A stretch of 64,000 nt of DNA from an uncultured Actinomycetota bacterium (GCA_963751485.1 CAVVUT010000018.1:312970-376969), one strand, 5' to 3'; numbered from the stretch's first letter, positions 10,957-20,944 are shown. Numbers and translations: made by a program. Notes: a model not told the origin generated them from the sequence alone.

Positions 10957-11064
10957 GATCGCAGATTGTAGGGACGTGCCCGGCACCGATTGGTCACCAT
11001 CCGTAAATGGGCGATTTTTCGCTGGGTTAACGTGAGCTCGGGGAGAAGGCCTGAGAGGACGTCC

Positions 11065-11928
11065 GTGAGCGCTGAGCAGAGCGAACTGCAAACGGTGAAG
11101 TTTCAGGGTGTCGATGGCCTCACCCTCATCGCCGACGAGTGGAACCGCGACGCCGAGTCGACCGCCAACCGATCGTCGGTCCTTTTCCTGCACGGAGGCG
11201 GCCAGAACCGGTTCTCCTGGAAAAGCACAAGCCAGATCCTCGCCGACGAGGGGTTGCACGTTGTCGCCCTGGACTCCCGCGGGCACGGCGACAGTGACCG
11301 CGCGCCAGACGCGAACTACACCGTCGACGCGCTGGTCGAGGACACCCTGGCGGTGCTGGAGCAGATCGGCAGGCCGACGGTCTTGATCGGGGCCAGCATG
11401 GGCGGGATGACCGCTCTCCCTGTGGCCCATCAAGCAGGGCCGGACAAGGTGACGAAGCTGGTGCTCGTCGACGTGGTGCCTCGGTATGAGAAGGACGGCA
11501 GCGCGCGCATCCGCGAGTTCATGGCCAGCGGACTGGACGGCTTCGAGTCTCTGGACGAAGCCGCCGACGCCGTTGCCGCGTACCTGCCGCACCGCGCCAA
11601 ACCCCGCAGCCCCGAGGGCTTGAAGAAGAACCTGCGGTTCCGCGACGGCCGCTGGTTCTGGCACTGGGATCCGGCGTTTCTGACCGCGCCGCCGGATGAC
11701 TCCTTCGTCCGCACCGAAATGCTCGAGCAGGCCGCCATCGCGCTGACCATTCCGATTCTGCTGATCCGCGGAAGGCTCTCCGACGTGGTCAGCGAGGAGG
11801 GGGTCAAGCACTTCCTCGAAACCGTGCCGCATGCCGAATTCGCCGAGCTGTCGGACGCCGGGCACACCGCCGCCGGTGACGACAACGACGCGTTCAGTGA
11901 AGTCGTCGTTCCGTTCGTCGACCGATGA
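11065..11928 (+). CDS. Alpha/beta hydrolase (Ser-His-Asp; BpoA-like)
   Basis: FLHGGGQ, nucleophile elbow GASMGG, C-terminal DAGH. Confidence 0.88.
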   Translation: MSAEQSELQTVKFQGVDGLTLIADEWNRDAESTANRSSVLFLHGGGQNRFSWKSTSQILADEGLHVVALDSRGHGDSDRAPDANYTVDALVEDTLAVLEQIGRPTVLIGASMGGMTALPVAHQAGPDKVTKLVLVDVVPRYEKDGSARIREFMASGLDGFESLDEAADAVAAYLPHRAKPRSPEGLKKNLRFRDGRWFWHWDPAFLTAPPDDSFVRTEMLEQAAIALTIPILLIRGRLSDVVSEEGVKHFLETVPHAEFAELSDAGHTAAGDDNDAFSEVVVPFVDR

Positions 11929-14876
11929 GCACGCCACGCCGCACCGTCGGCTTCAACTTCCTCGAAGAGCCTGAGCTGCCGGGACCTCAGGTCACCGAAG
12001 CGCAGGCCGAGCAGATCGTCGCAGAGCACTACGGACTGGTCGCGCGGGCCAAACTGCTTGGCAGCAACCAGGACTGCAATTTCATCGTGCACGACGGCAA
12101 CGACGGGATTCTCGGCGTGCTGAAGATCGCCAATCCCGCGTTCAACGCAACCGAATTGGAGGCGCAGGACGCTGCTGCCGACCTGATCGCCGACACGGAG
12201 CCTTCACTTCGCATCGCCGTGCCGCTGCCCAATGTGGCGGGCGAAAAGTGCACCACGATCACGGGACTGCTGGAAGGTACCGCCTACGTGCGACTTCTTC
12301 GGTACCTGCCGGGCGGCACACTGTACGACTCCGGGTACCTGCCGCCTGCCACCGTCGCGAAGCTGGGCGAGATGGCAGGACGGGCCAGCCGCGCGCTCGC
12401 CGGATTCGACCATCCCGGAATGGATCGCGCGTTGCAGTGGGACCTCCGCTACGGCGCCGACGTTGTGGCGCAACTGTGTTCGCATGTCCGCGATCCCGAA
12501 CGGCGGGACCGCGCCGCTGCCGCGTCGGCGGCTGCATGGTCGCGTATAGCGCCGCTCGCCGACATCCTGCCCCGGCAGGCAACCCACCTCGATCTCACCG
12601 ACGCCAACGTAGTCGTCTCTCGGGGTGCAGACGGAGCGGTCTACCCCGACGGTGTCATCGACTTCGGCGACCTGTCGCACACCTGGGCGGTGTCCGAGTT
12701 GGCGATCACGGTGTCATCGGTGCTCGGGCATCCGGGAAGCGATCCGACGTCGATCCTGCCCGGAGTGCGCGCGTTTCATGCCATCCGGCCGTTGTCGGCG
12801 GAGGAGGCCGAGGCGCTATGGCCGATGCTGGTGCTGCGCACCGCTGTGCTGATCGTCAGCGGAGCACAGCAGGCCGCCCTCGACCCCGACAACGCGTACG
12901 TCACCGAACAGACCGGGGGGGAAATCCGGATGTTCGAGCAGGCCACCTCGCTGCCGATCGACGTGATGACCGCACTGATCAAGGAGGAACTCGGGTTGGC
13001 TGACGCGCGGGACGCCGTGGCCGTCGACACCGCACTCATCAATGGGCTCGACCCCGCCAAGGTCGTGACCCTTGACCTCTCGTCGCAATCCGACGCCTAC
13101 GACTCGGCGTTCGTTCCTGGCGGCTGGCTACGTTCGGATATCGAGAGCGAATTCGCAAGGGCTGCAATCGATGACGGTGCTGCGCTGGTTGTCACCCGGT
13201 TCGGCGAGCCACGGCTGAGCCGGGCCAAACCGCTCAGCCAGGACAGCCCCGACGTCGTGGCGACGGGCATCAGCCTGTGGCCCGCGGCCGACACGCAAGC
13301 GGTGTCACCGTGGGACGGCGAGGTGGTCGACCGCACCGACGACAGCATCACCGTCCGCGGCCGCGACCACGAACTCACGCTTGCCTGCGTGACACCGGTG
13401 GCCGCGACCGGGGTGCGCGCCGGTGAACCGGTAGCGGAACTATCGCCGGGCCGGTGGGCAGAACTGGGGGTGCGGCCGGTCGGTGCACCACAATCGCCGC
13501 TATTCAGCTCCGCCGAGCTGTCGAAGGGCTGGCTGGCGCTCAGCCGCGACCCGCGCCAGCTGCTCGGCCTCCCCGAGCTGCCCAAAGACCTTCGCGCACA
13601 AGATCTTCTGGCGCGTCGCGACGAGAGCTTTGCGCCAGTTCAGGAGCATTACTACGCCAGACCGCCGCAGATCGAGCGCGGCTGGCGGCACTACCTGATG
13701 TCCACCGCCGGGCGGTGCTACCTCGATATGGTCAACAACGTCACGGTGCTCGGTCACGCGCATCCGCGGGTGGCCGAGACCGCCGCCCGTCAGCTGCGAA
13801 AGCTGAACACGAACTCGCGCTTCAACTACGAGGCTGTGGTCGAGTACAGCGAGCGGCTGGCCGCCATGCTGCCCGAGCCGCTCGATACCGTGTTTCTGGT
13901 GAACTCCGGCTCGGAGGCAAGCGATTTGGCGCTGCGGCTCGCGATGGCAGCCACCGGCAGGCGCGACATCGTCGCGGTGCGTGAGGCGTATCACGGATGG
14001 ACATACGCCACCGACGCCGTGTCCACCTCGACGGCCGACAATCCCAATGCGCTCGCCACCCGGCCGGATTGGGTGCACACCGTGGAATCGCCGAACAGCT
14101 TCCGCGGTAAGTTCCGCGGCGCCGACGCCGATCGATACGCCGCCGAAGCGGTGGCGCAGATCGAAGGCCTGATCGCTGACGGAAGGCCGCCCGCCGGGTT
14201 CATCGCGGAGCCGGTATACGGCAACGCAGGCGGCATGGCGCTGCCCGATCATTATCTGGAGCAGGTTTACGCGGCGGTGCGGGCGGGCGGCGGTCTGGCG
14301 ATCGCCGACGAGGTCCAGGTCGCCTACGGCCGGCTCGGCAATTGGTTCTGGGGCTTTCAGCAGCAGAACGTCATTCCCGACATCGTGTCGGTCGCGAAGT
14401 CCACCGGCAACGGCTCTCCACTCGGTGCGGTGATCACCAGCCGCGAGATCGCCGACAAGTTCTCCAGACAGGGCTACTTCTTCTCGTCCACCGGCGGCAG
14501 TCCGCTGTCGTGTGCGATCGGCATCACGGTGCTCGACGTACTGCGCGACGAGGAGCTTCAGCAGAATGCCGCACGGGTTGGCGCGCACCTGAAGGCGAGA
14601 TTGCAAGCGCTACAGGACAAGCACCCCATCATCGGCACGGTGCACGGCATCGGGCTGTATCTCGGCGTCGAGATGGTGCGGGATCCAGACACTCTCGACC
14701 CGGCCGTCGAGGAGACCGCAGCGATATGTAATCGCATGCTCGAACTCGGTGTGGTGATTCAGCCCACCGGCGACCGCATGAACATCCTCAAGACCAAGCC
14801 GCCGCTGTGCATCGACATCGAGGCGGCCGACTTCTACGCCGACACGCTGGACCGCGTTCTGACAGAAGGTTTTTAG
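11925..14876 (+). CDS. Fusion of an APH/choline-kinase-like phosphotransferase and a class III PLP aminotransferase-fold enzyme (hydroxylysine kinase/phospho-lyase-like)
   Basis: HLDLTDANVV and VIDFGD kinase motifs; IADEVQVAYGR and DIVSVAKSTGNG PLP motifs; degenerate M23-like linker (SPWDGEV). Confidence 0.88.
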   Translation: MSTPRRTVGFNFLEEPELPGPQVTEAQAEQIVAEHYGLVARAKLLGSNQDCNFIVHDGNDGILGVLKIANPAFNATELEAQDAAADLIADTEPSLRIAVPLPNVAGEKCTTITGLLEGTAYVRLLRYLPGGTLYDSGYLPPATVAKLGEMAGRASRALAGFDHPGMDRALQWDLRYGADVVAQLCSHVRDPERRDRAAAASAAAWSRIAPLADILPRQATHLDLTDANVVVSRGADGAVYPDGVIDFGDLSHTWAVSELAITVSSVLGHPGSDPTSILPGVRAFHAIRPLSAEEAEALWPMLVLRTAVLIVSGAQQAALDPDNAYVTEQTGGEIRMFEQATSLPIDVMTALIKEELGLADARDAVAVDTALINGLDPAKVVTLDLSSQSDAYDSAFVPGGWLRSDIESEFARAAIDDGAALVVTRFGEPRLSRAKPLSQDSPDVVATGISLWPAADTQAVSPWDGEVVDRTDDSITVRGRDHELTLACVTPVAATGVRAGEPVAELSPGRWAELGVRPVGAPQSPLFSSAELSKGWLALSRDPRQLLGLPELPKDLRAQDLLARRDESFAPVQEHYYARPPQIERGWRHYLMSTAGRCYLDMVNNVTVLGHAHPRVAETAARQLRKLNTNSRFNYEAVVEYSERLAAMLPEPLDTVFLVNSGSEASDLALRLAMAATGRRDIVAVREAYHGWTYATDAVSTSTADNPNALATRPDWVHTVESPNSFRGKFRGADADRYAAEAVAQIEGLIADGRPPAGFIAEPVYGNAGGMALPDHYLEQVYAAVRAGGGLAIADEVQVAYGRLGNWFWGFQQQNVIPDIVSVAKSTGNGSPLGAVITSREIADKFSRQGYFFSSTGGSPLSCAIGITVLDVLRDEELQQNAARVGAHLKARLQALQDKHPIIGTVHGIGLYLGVEMVRDPDTLDPAVEETAAICNRMLELGVVIQPTGDRMNILKTKPPLCIDIEAADFYADTLDRVLTEGF

Positions 14877-14936
14877 CGCGAGCAGACGCAAACTGCCGCA
14901 AAGTCGCAGGACACCGCGGACCTAAGCGTCTGCTCG
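14877..14936. repeat. REP-like intergenic palindrome (CGAGCAGACGC...GCGTCTGCTCG)
   Basis: 11-bp inverted arms at 14879-14889 and 14926-14936 between convergent genes; shares the internal CCGCAAAGTC with the copy at 22683-22736. Confidence 0.8.
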
Positions 14937-15650
14937 GCAGCTATTCGGTTCCACCGTCGGTGCAGCAGGTTCGGTGCGCATCACGGGTGGCCGCAAGCGC
15001 TCCGGCAATGCGCGCAGAGCCGCGCCCGCGATCAGGACGACACCAAACCCGATCGCGATGCCGACCACATACGGAGTGGTCCGGAAGAAGCCCTCAACGA
15101 GCATGGATACGCCGAAGACGACGAACAGCGCAGCCGCCGTCAGCTGGATCAACCGCTCGGGAAGGTGCTTGCCCGCGATCGCCCCGACGAGGATGGCCAG
15201 CGCATCGGCGGCAACCATGCCCAGCGTGGAGCCGATCCATACGCCGACCCAGTCGTGGTCCGCGGCGAGCGTCACCGTCGCGAGCATCGTCTTGTCGCCG
15301 AGCTCGGCGAGCAGGAATGCCGACGTGACCGCGAAGATCGCCGGTGCGCTCGACCGCTGGGCGCGCGTCGCCTCGTCGTCCGAGAGGCTGTCACCCCGCA
15401 GCGTCCACAGTCCGAAGAAGACGAACGCCACACCGGCGAGGATGCCCAGCAGGTGTGTCGGCAGCGCAGCACCCAGGTAGTGGCCCACCGCGACCGAAAT
15501 CAGGTGGACGGCCGTCGTCGCAACGGTGATGCCGCCGAGCACTACCCACCAGCGGTGGCGAAGCGCAAACGTCATCGCCATGAGCTGGGACTTATCCCCC
15601 AGCTCGGCGACGAATATGACGGCGAAACTCAGCAGCAAGGCTGCGAACAC
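14922..15650 (-). CDS. TMEM165/GDT1 (UPF0016) Mn2+/Ca2+ transporter
   Basis: Two EL(G)DK(S/T) motifs (FVAELGDKSQ, LAELGDKTM); GTG 15650 with GAGGAG RBS. Confidence 0.92.
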   Translation of the reverse strand: MFAALLLSFAVIFVAELGDKSQLMAMTFALRHRWWVVLGGITVATTAVHLISVAVGHYLGAALPTHLLGILAGVAFVFFGLWTLRGDSLSDDEATRAQRSSAPAIFAVTSAFLLAELGDKTMLATVTLAADHDWVGVWIGSTLGMVAADALAILVGAIAGKHLPERLIQLTAAALFVVFGVSMLVEGFFRTTPYVVGIAIGFGVVLIAGAALRALPERLRPPVMRTEPAAPTVEPNSCRADA

Positions 15651-15729
15651 CAACAGCTCCTCGGTTCGTGGCTGTCGGTCGGAGTTATCTTCGGTGATTC
15701 CTCCGGCCGACAACCGAAACGGTTCGTAC

Positions 15730-15826
15730 GGCCGAAGGTCTCGCCCACCGGTCGCTGCCGGTTCGGGAACCGGGTCCCGCAGGACCAGTATGTCGATTAC
15801 CCGATTTGGGGCTACTCCCCTTCGTT
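15730..15826 (-). ncRNA. yybP-ykoY manganese riboswitch
   Basis: Minus strand reads AAGGGGAGUAGC...GACAUACUG...GGCGAGACCUU, the conserved family motifs, upstream of a UPF0016 gene; ends approximate. Confidence 0.85.
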
Positions 15827-15978
15827 GTCTGCCATGCTACCCGCACCGCAGCAGCACCCGCAACTCGACGGATCCGAAATCCCGTCTGGCGCAATAAGTT
15901 TGAACACCCGGTTACATTTTTTCGGGTACCCGTAAACCGTCGGCAGCGTCGCCGGAGTTCCGGTATGGGGCACCCTTG

Positions 15979-18594
15979 TCAGTCGGTCGCCCTCGGACCC
16001 TTCCGGATGATCCTCGCCAGCTCCTCGCGAGAGTTGGCGCCCACGCGCTGGCACGCGCGATACAGGTGGCCCTCCACACTGCGGACCGACATGTACAGGC
16101 GCTTCGCGATGTCCTTGTTGGACATGCCCGCGACCGCCAACTCGACGATTTCACGTTGCCGCTCGGTCAGTGGGTGGCCTGTCGGACTCCGAAGGGCGGG
16201 GGTGCTGATGCCGCCGCATTCGTCGGACAGCCCCTGAGCGATCGCTGCGGCGTACAGCCTGCGCCTGCGCTGTTGACTCTGCGAGAAGGCCACCGCCGCC
16301 TGCGCCGCCGCATCCGCGGCCGTCACTCGATCGCCGAGCGCCTGATATTCGTTCGATGCTGCGAGCAGGCCCTCCCCGTCCTTGGCCGCGAGGGCTTCGG
16401 CATGCCGGGCGACGGCGTCTGCGATCGGCAAGGACAACTCGTCCGCCAGTTGGCGCGCCCGATCCGCCATCGACGCGTCGCCCCACTGCGCCGCCGCCTG
16501 CACGCACGCCAGTTCGTGTGTCGGCTGGCCCCGGTCACGCGCCTCCGCAGCGGCATCGCGCACGACCGCGACGGCATCGGTCAAGCAGCCGTTGGCGGCC
16601 AGAGACCATCCGGCCGCCAGCGCAAGGGCGGTGTGCATGTACACGGATTCAGCAGGCACGCGGTCCCTGGCTTCGGCGAATACTTCCTCCGCTTCGGCCG
16701 CTTCCCCGAGTTTGGCGTGGCCCTCGGTCAGCGCGAAACGACTGGCAAACCGCAAACCCGTTGTAACAGCGTGGTGTTCGACTCCCGCCCGCGCCTCGTG
16801 CAGAATCTTGACGGCACCTGGCAGGTCTCCGCGGACCAGGTGGGCGTGACCCACCAGCGACGCCAGGTTGGCATACGCGAGTCCGGGCACATCCTTCGCC
16901 GAGTCCGAGAGCCGGTCGGCGATGGCGACACACTCGTCGATGCGGCCGTTGAGCCGGCACGCGCGGGCGTACACGCCGCCGTACCAGAAACGCATGTGCG
17001 ACGTCTGGAACGACGTCGAGGCGCGTTGCAGGGTCTCTTCGGCCACCGCCGTGAGCTCGTCGGCTTGACCGAGCGCACCCAGCGCCATCGTCAGCGCGAA
17101 CGAGGCCATCATGGCGTGGAAGTCGTCCAGCAGTGCGGAACCCATGGCGGCCCTAGCTTTTTCGGCTGCGACTGCGCACCGCCCGGAGACCGCGTCGACG
17201 CACGCTTCCACCGCCTGCCGCGACGCGGATTGGGCCGGCGTCTCCGATCCCGCGGCAAGGTCGTCGAGGATGGCCGATGCGTCGGCGGAGCGTCCGAGCA
17301 TCCATATCAGGTTCGCCGCCCGAACGGTCGACCACCGATGCGCGTCCTCGTGGCCGTCGGTGGTGATCTCCTGCAGGAACTTCTCGGCCTCGTCGCCACG
17401 GCCTCGAAGCACCAGGTTCATCACCTGCACCTCCGGCGCGTCGCTGGAGCCGGCATTCACTGCGGCGGAGGCGAATCGATCGGCCAGTTCGAGATCCAGC
17501 AGCGTCATCGAGAACCGGGCCGCATCCACGAACAGCTCGGCGTCCGGCGCGAGGTCCGACTCGAGCGTCAGCAGTGCTCTGCGCACGGTGGACTGCATGT
17601 CCTCGTCGGGCCTGTCGCGCAGGCCCTCCGCCAGCTTGCCCCGGATCCGCGAGAGATACATCTCGCCTGCGCTTGCCCGCCGCAATTCACCGAAGAGCGG
17701 GTGCGCCAACCGGGCCATGCGCTCGTTGCCCGAGCGCTCGACGGTGACAAGGTGCAGCTGTTCGGCGGCCTCCAGGTCGGACCGATCGGCCACTTTGGAC
17801 AACACGTCCACGGCCAGCGGCTCGCATTGCGACAGCGTGTCGACCACCAGGGCAATGCCTTCGGAGAGCTCGCCCAGCCGACGCCCGACCATGTCCGTGA
17901 TGCTCTGGGACACCGCCACCCGCTCGTCCCACATCCATACCCCTGCGACTTTGCGCATCCGTCCGGCGTCGACCTGGTCCTTCAACAGCTGGCGCAGGAA
18001 CAAGGCGTTGCCGCCGGTCAGTTTCCAGAAACGCTTCGCGCTGCGGGCGTCCACCGCTCCTTCGAGGGCCGTCTCGATGAGGCTGCGGGTGCCCGCCTCG
18101 GACAGCGGCTCGAGATCGAGCCGGGCGAGAAGGCCGTCCTTCCACAGCGCTGTCACCGCGTCGGGTTCGGCCTCGCCGGTGCGCACCGTGACGACCAGCC
18201 GCGGCCCGCGCGTCTGCGCGAGCTGATGCACGACGTGTGCCGACAGCCCGTCGAGCAGATGCGCGTCATCGACACCGATCAGCACCTTGCCCTGACGCTG
18301 TTGTGCGACAAAGGAATTGATGAGGCGGCCGACATCGGGCATCGACCCCGACGATTCGGTGATGGAGCCGGTGAATGCGCCGAGTGGCAGCGGCCTGGCG
18401 GATTCGGTGCCGGTGATCCAGTTCGTCCGCTCGCCTGCTGCCTGCGCACGGGCAAGCACTTCTCGAGCCAGTCGCGTCTTTCCGACGCCCGCCGCTCCGC
18501 AGATCACCACACCGGAGTAGTTGCCGGTGCCGCTCAGCGCACGACGAATCGCGACGAGTTCGCTATCACGCCCCGTCAGCAGATCGCCGGTCAT
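15979..18594 (-). CDS. Large ATP-binding LuxR-family regulator (STAND ATPase + C-terminal LuxR HTH)
   Basis: Walker A GAAGVGKT, Walker B IGVDDAHLLD, HTH LTERQREIVELAVAGMSNKDIAKRLYMSVRSVEGHL. Confidence 0.9.
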   Translation of the reverse strand: MTGDLLTGRDSELVAIRRALSGTGNYSGVVICGAAGVGKTRLAREVLARAQAAGERTNWITGTESARPLPLGAFTGSITESSGSMPDVGRLINSFVAQQRQGKVLIGVDDAHLLDGLSAHVVHQLAQTRGPRLVVTVRTGEAEPDAVTALWKDGLLARLDLEPLSEAGTRSLIETALEGAVDARSAKRFWKLTGGNALFLRQLLKDQVDAGRMRKVAGVWMWDERVAVSQSITDMVGRRLGELSEGIALVVDTLSQCEPLAVDVLSKVADRSDLEAAEQLHLVTVERSGNERMARLAHPLFGELRRASAGEMYLSRIRGKLAEGLRDRPDEDMQSTVRRALLTLESDLAPDAELFVDAARFSMTLLDLELADRFASAAVNAGSSDAPEVQVMNLVLRGRGDEAEKFLQEITTDGHEDAHRWSTVRAANLIWMLGRSADASAILDDLAAGSETPAQSASRQAVEACVDAVSGRCAVAAEKARAAMGSALLDDFHAMMASFALTMALGALGQADELTAVAEETLQRASTSFQTSHMRFWYGGVYARACRLNGRIDECVAIADRLSDSAKDVPGLAYANLASLVGHAHLVRGDLPGAVKILHEARAGVEHHAVTTGLRFASRFALTEGHAKLGEAAEAEEVFAEARDRVPAESVYMHTALALAAGWSLAANGCLTDAVAVVRDAAAEARDRGQPTHELACVQAAAQWGDASMADRARQLADELSLPIADAVARHAEALAAKDGEGLLAASNEYQALGDRVTAADAAAQAAVAFSQSQQRRRRLYAAAIAQGLSDECGGISTPALRSPTGHPLTERQREIVELAVAGMSNKDIAKRLYMSVRSVEGHLYRACQRVGANSREELARIIRKGPRATD

Positions 18595-18712
18595 TTCGAT
18601 GCCCCTGCCCAGGCCACGCGCCCCTCCGCCGGTCATGGTCTGTTTTACGCGCTAAGCATAGGGCTCCGACGATGGCGATTCTGGTAATTGACGACGCAAT
18701 TAGCGAGTTCGC

Positions 18713-19430
18713 TCAAACCCGCTTGTCGATCCCGAGTTCGGCGGTGAAATACGACCGCGCAATGTGCTTGGCTTCGCGGGACGGAACGGCCCTTACCACC
18801 ATCTGTGCACCGAGACCGTCGATCATGGTCAACAGTCGTCGCGCCGCAACATCGGCGTCTGCCACGTGAAACTCCCCCGAAACATCGCCAGAGCGAACAA
18901 TTTCGGCGATGCACTCGAGCCACTCGGTCGTCAGCGCGTTGGCGGCAGCGGCTAACGGGTCGTTGCGCCTGCCCAAACTCCACGCCTCGAGCCAGAGCGC
19001 GCTCGCGTCCTCGCTGGAGTCGTCGAGCAGGTAGTCCATCAGCACGATCGATCTTGGCGGTCGGCGTTTTCGCGGTAGCTAGCCGCGACCGCGCCTCGGC
19101 CAGATCGGCAACGGCGGCCGTCGTGAATGCGGCGGTGATGAGCTGCTCGGCAGACGAGAAGTAGTGGCTGACGAGGCCGGGAGTCACGCCGAGATCGGTG
19201 GCGACCCGACGCAGCGTGACCGCGGACAAACCCTCGGCCGCGCTGATCTCTACGGCTTTGGCAAGCAGCTCACCGTGCCGCTCGGCGGGCAGCTTCCGCT
19301 TCGCGTCCCGCATCTCGACTGACGAGCGCTCGCGTGAGGAAGCAGAGTCCACTGACGAGCGCTCGCGTGAGGAAGCAGAGTCCACTGACGAGCGCTCGCG
19401 TGAGGAAGCAGAGTCCACGGTCAATTTCAT
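18713..19430 (-). pseudogene. TetR regulator with BetI-type C-terminal domain, frame break ~19050
   Basis: HTH LRRVATDLGVTPGLVSHYF; C-terminal LMDYLLDDSSEDASALWLEAW in another frame; ATG 19430 preceded by AGGAGGA. Confidence 0.8.
19318..19418. repeat. 33-bp tandem repeat x3 (ACTGACGAGCGCTCGCGTGAGGAAGCAGAGTCC), in frame in the TetR N-terminus
   Basis: Three exact copies at 19318, 19351 and 19384. Confidence 0.97.
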
Positions 19431-19456
19431 TCCTCCTATTGACGAATCCCGATTGT

Positions 19457-19497
19457 TATTGAACACTACATCAACACTATTGATCTACCCATCAACA
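19457..19497. promoter_or_regulatory. Tandem TTGA-N8-TCAA operators (BetI-like)
   Basis: TATTGAACACTACATCAACA and TATTGATCTACCCATCAACA, 21-bp period, between the divergent tetR and permease genes. Confidence 0.65.
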
Positions 19498-19515
19498 AGC
19501 CGAATCGAGCAGCTC

Positions 19516-20944
19516 ATGACCGCAACACTCCCCGGCCCCGCCGCCGAGTTGACCGAGGACCGCGTCGGCGCGGTCGAAGCAGCAGGCGTCGAGTACCTGC
19601 CCGAGGACGCCCGCGACTCCGGGCCACGCAATCTCGCCGCGGTCTTCCTCGGCGCCAACCTGACCTGGACGAACGTCGTCTTCGGCGCGTTCGCGATCCT
19701 GTTCGGCCTGAGCTTCTGGCAGACGGTGACCTCGATGGCCGTCGGTACCGCGGTCGGCACGCTTGCGGTGCTGCCCACCGCGATCATCGGGCCCCGCACG
19801 GGCACGAACATGACCGTGTCCAGCGGCGCGTTCTTCGGCATTCGCGGCCGGTTCATCGGCTCGGGACTGGCCCTGGCCATCGCCCTGGGGTTCGCGGCGG
19901 TGACGGTGTGGACGAGTGGTGACGCGATCGTCGCCGCAGGCCATCGTCTGCTCGGCACCCCGGAGAACAACATCGTGCATGCGGTCGCCTATGCCGCGGT
20001 GGCCGCGCTGATGGTGACCGTGGCGCTCTACGGCCACGCCACCATCGTCGCCATCCAGAAGTTGGTGGTGCCCATCGTCGGCGGGTTGATGATCGTCGGC
20101 TTTTTCGCGTTTGCAGGCGGTTTCGCCCCCGGCACCTCGAGCGGCGAGTATGCACTGGGCGGGTTCTGGCAGACGTGGGCGTTGTCTGCGGTGCTGTTCG
20201 CGGCCGCACCGATCTCCTACGGGCCGACGATCGGCGACTACACCCGGCGCATCTCGTCAATCCGGTTCAGCGACAAACAGATCTGCACGGCGCTCGGCGC
20301 CGGAATGTTCGTCGGCGTGCTTCTGCCCAGCCTGTTCGGCGCCTTCACGGCTATGACGTTCGCCAACCCGACCGACTCCTACATCGACGACCTGGTCGCC
20401 GCATCGCCCGCTTGGTACGTCGCTGCCGATCGTGGTGATCTCGCTGTTCGGCGGCATGAGCCAGGGCGTGCTGTGCATCTACGCCAGCGGCTTGGACCTG
20501 GAAGGGCTTGCGCCTCGGCTGAAGCGCACGCAGACCACGATAATCACCGCCGCGGTCGCCATCGCGCTGCTCTACATCGGGGTGTTCGTCTTCGACGCGG
20601 TCGACTCGGTGACGGCGATGACCGTCGCACTGAACGCCGTCATCACGCCGTGGGTGGCGATCCTGGCGATCGGTGCGCTGCGCACGAAAACCTATGACCC
20701 CGTTGATCTCCAGGCATTCGCACACGGCAGGCGCGGCGGCCGGTACTGGTTCACCGGCGGCTGGAACATGCCCGCTGTGGTCGCGTGGGTGGTCGGCGGC
20801 ACGTTCGGGTTGCTGACGGTGAACACGACGCTGTACGTCGGACCGCTTGCCGACATCGCAGGAGGGGTGGACCTGAGCACGATGGGGTCGGCCGCCCTGG
20901 CGGGGTTGATTTACCTCGCGTCACTGCGTTTCATCAAGGGATGA
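19516..20944 (+). pseudogene. NCS1 purine-cytosine permease family transporter, frame break ~20420
   Basis: GPRTGTNMTVSSGAFFG, ISYGPTIGDYTRRI; the hydrophobic C-half (VISLFGGMSQG...YWFTGGWN) continues in another frame. Confidence 0.82.

Noticed and set aside
15976-18687. 903-aa plus-strand ORF
   Set aside because: Antisense shadow of the LuxR-STAND gene, typical of high-GC DNA; no recognisable motifs
19318-19418. 33-bp repeats as a CRISPR array
   Set aside because: The copies are directly adjacent with no spacers, and no cas genes are present
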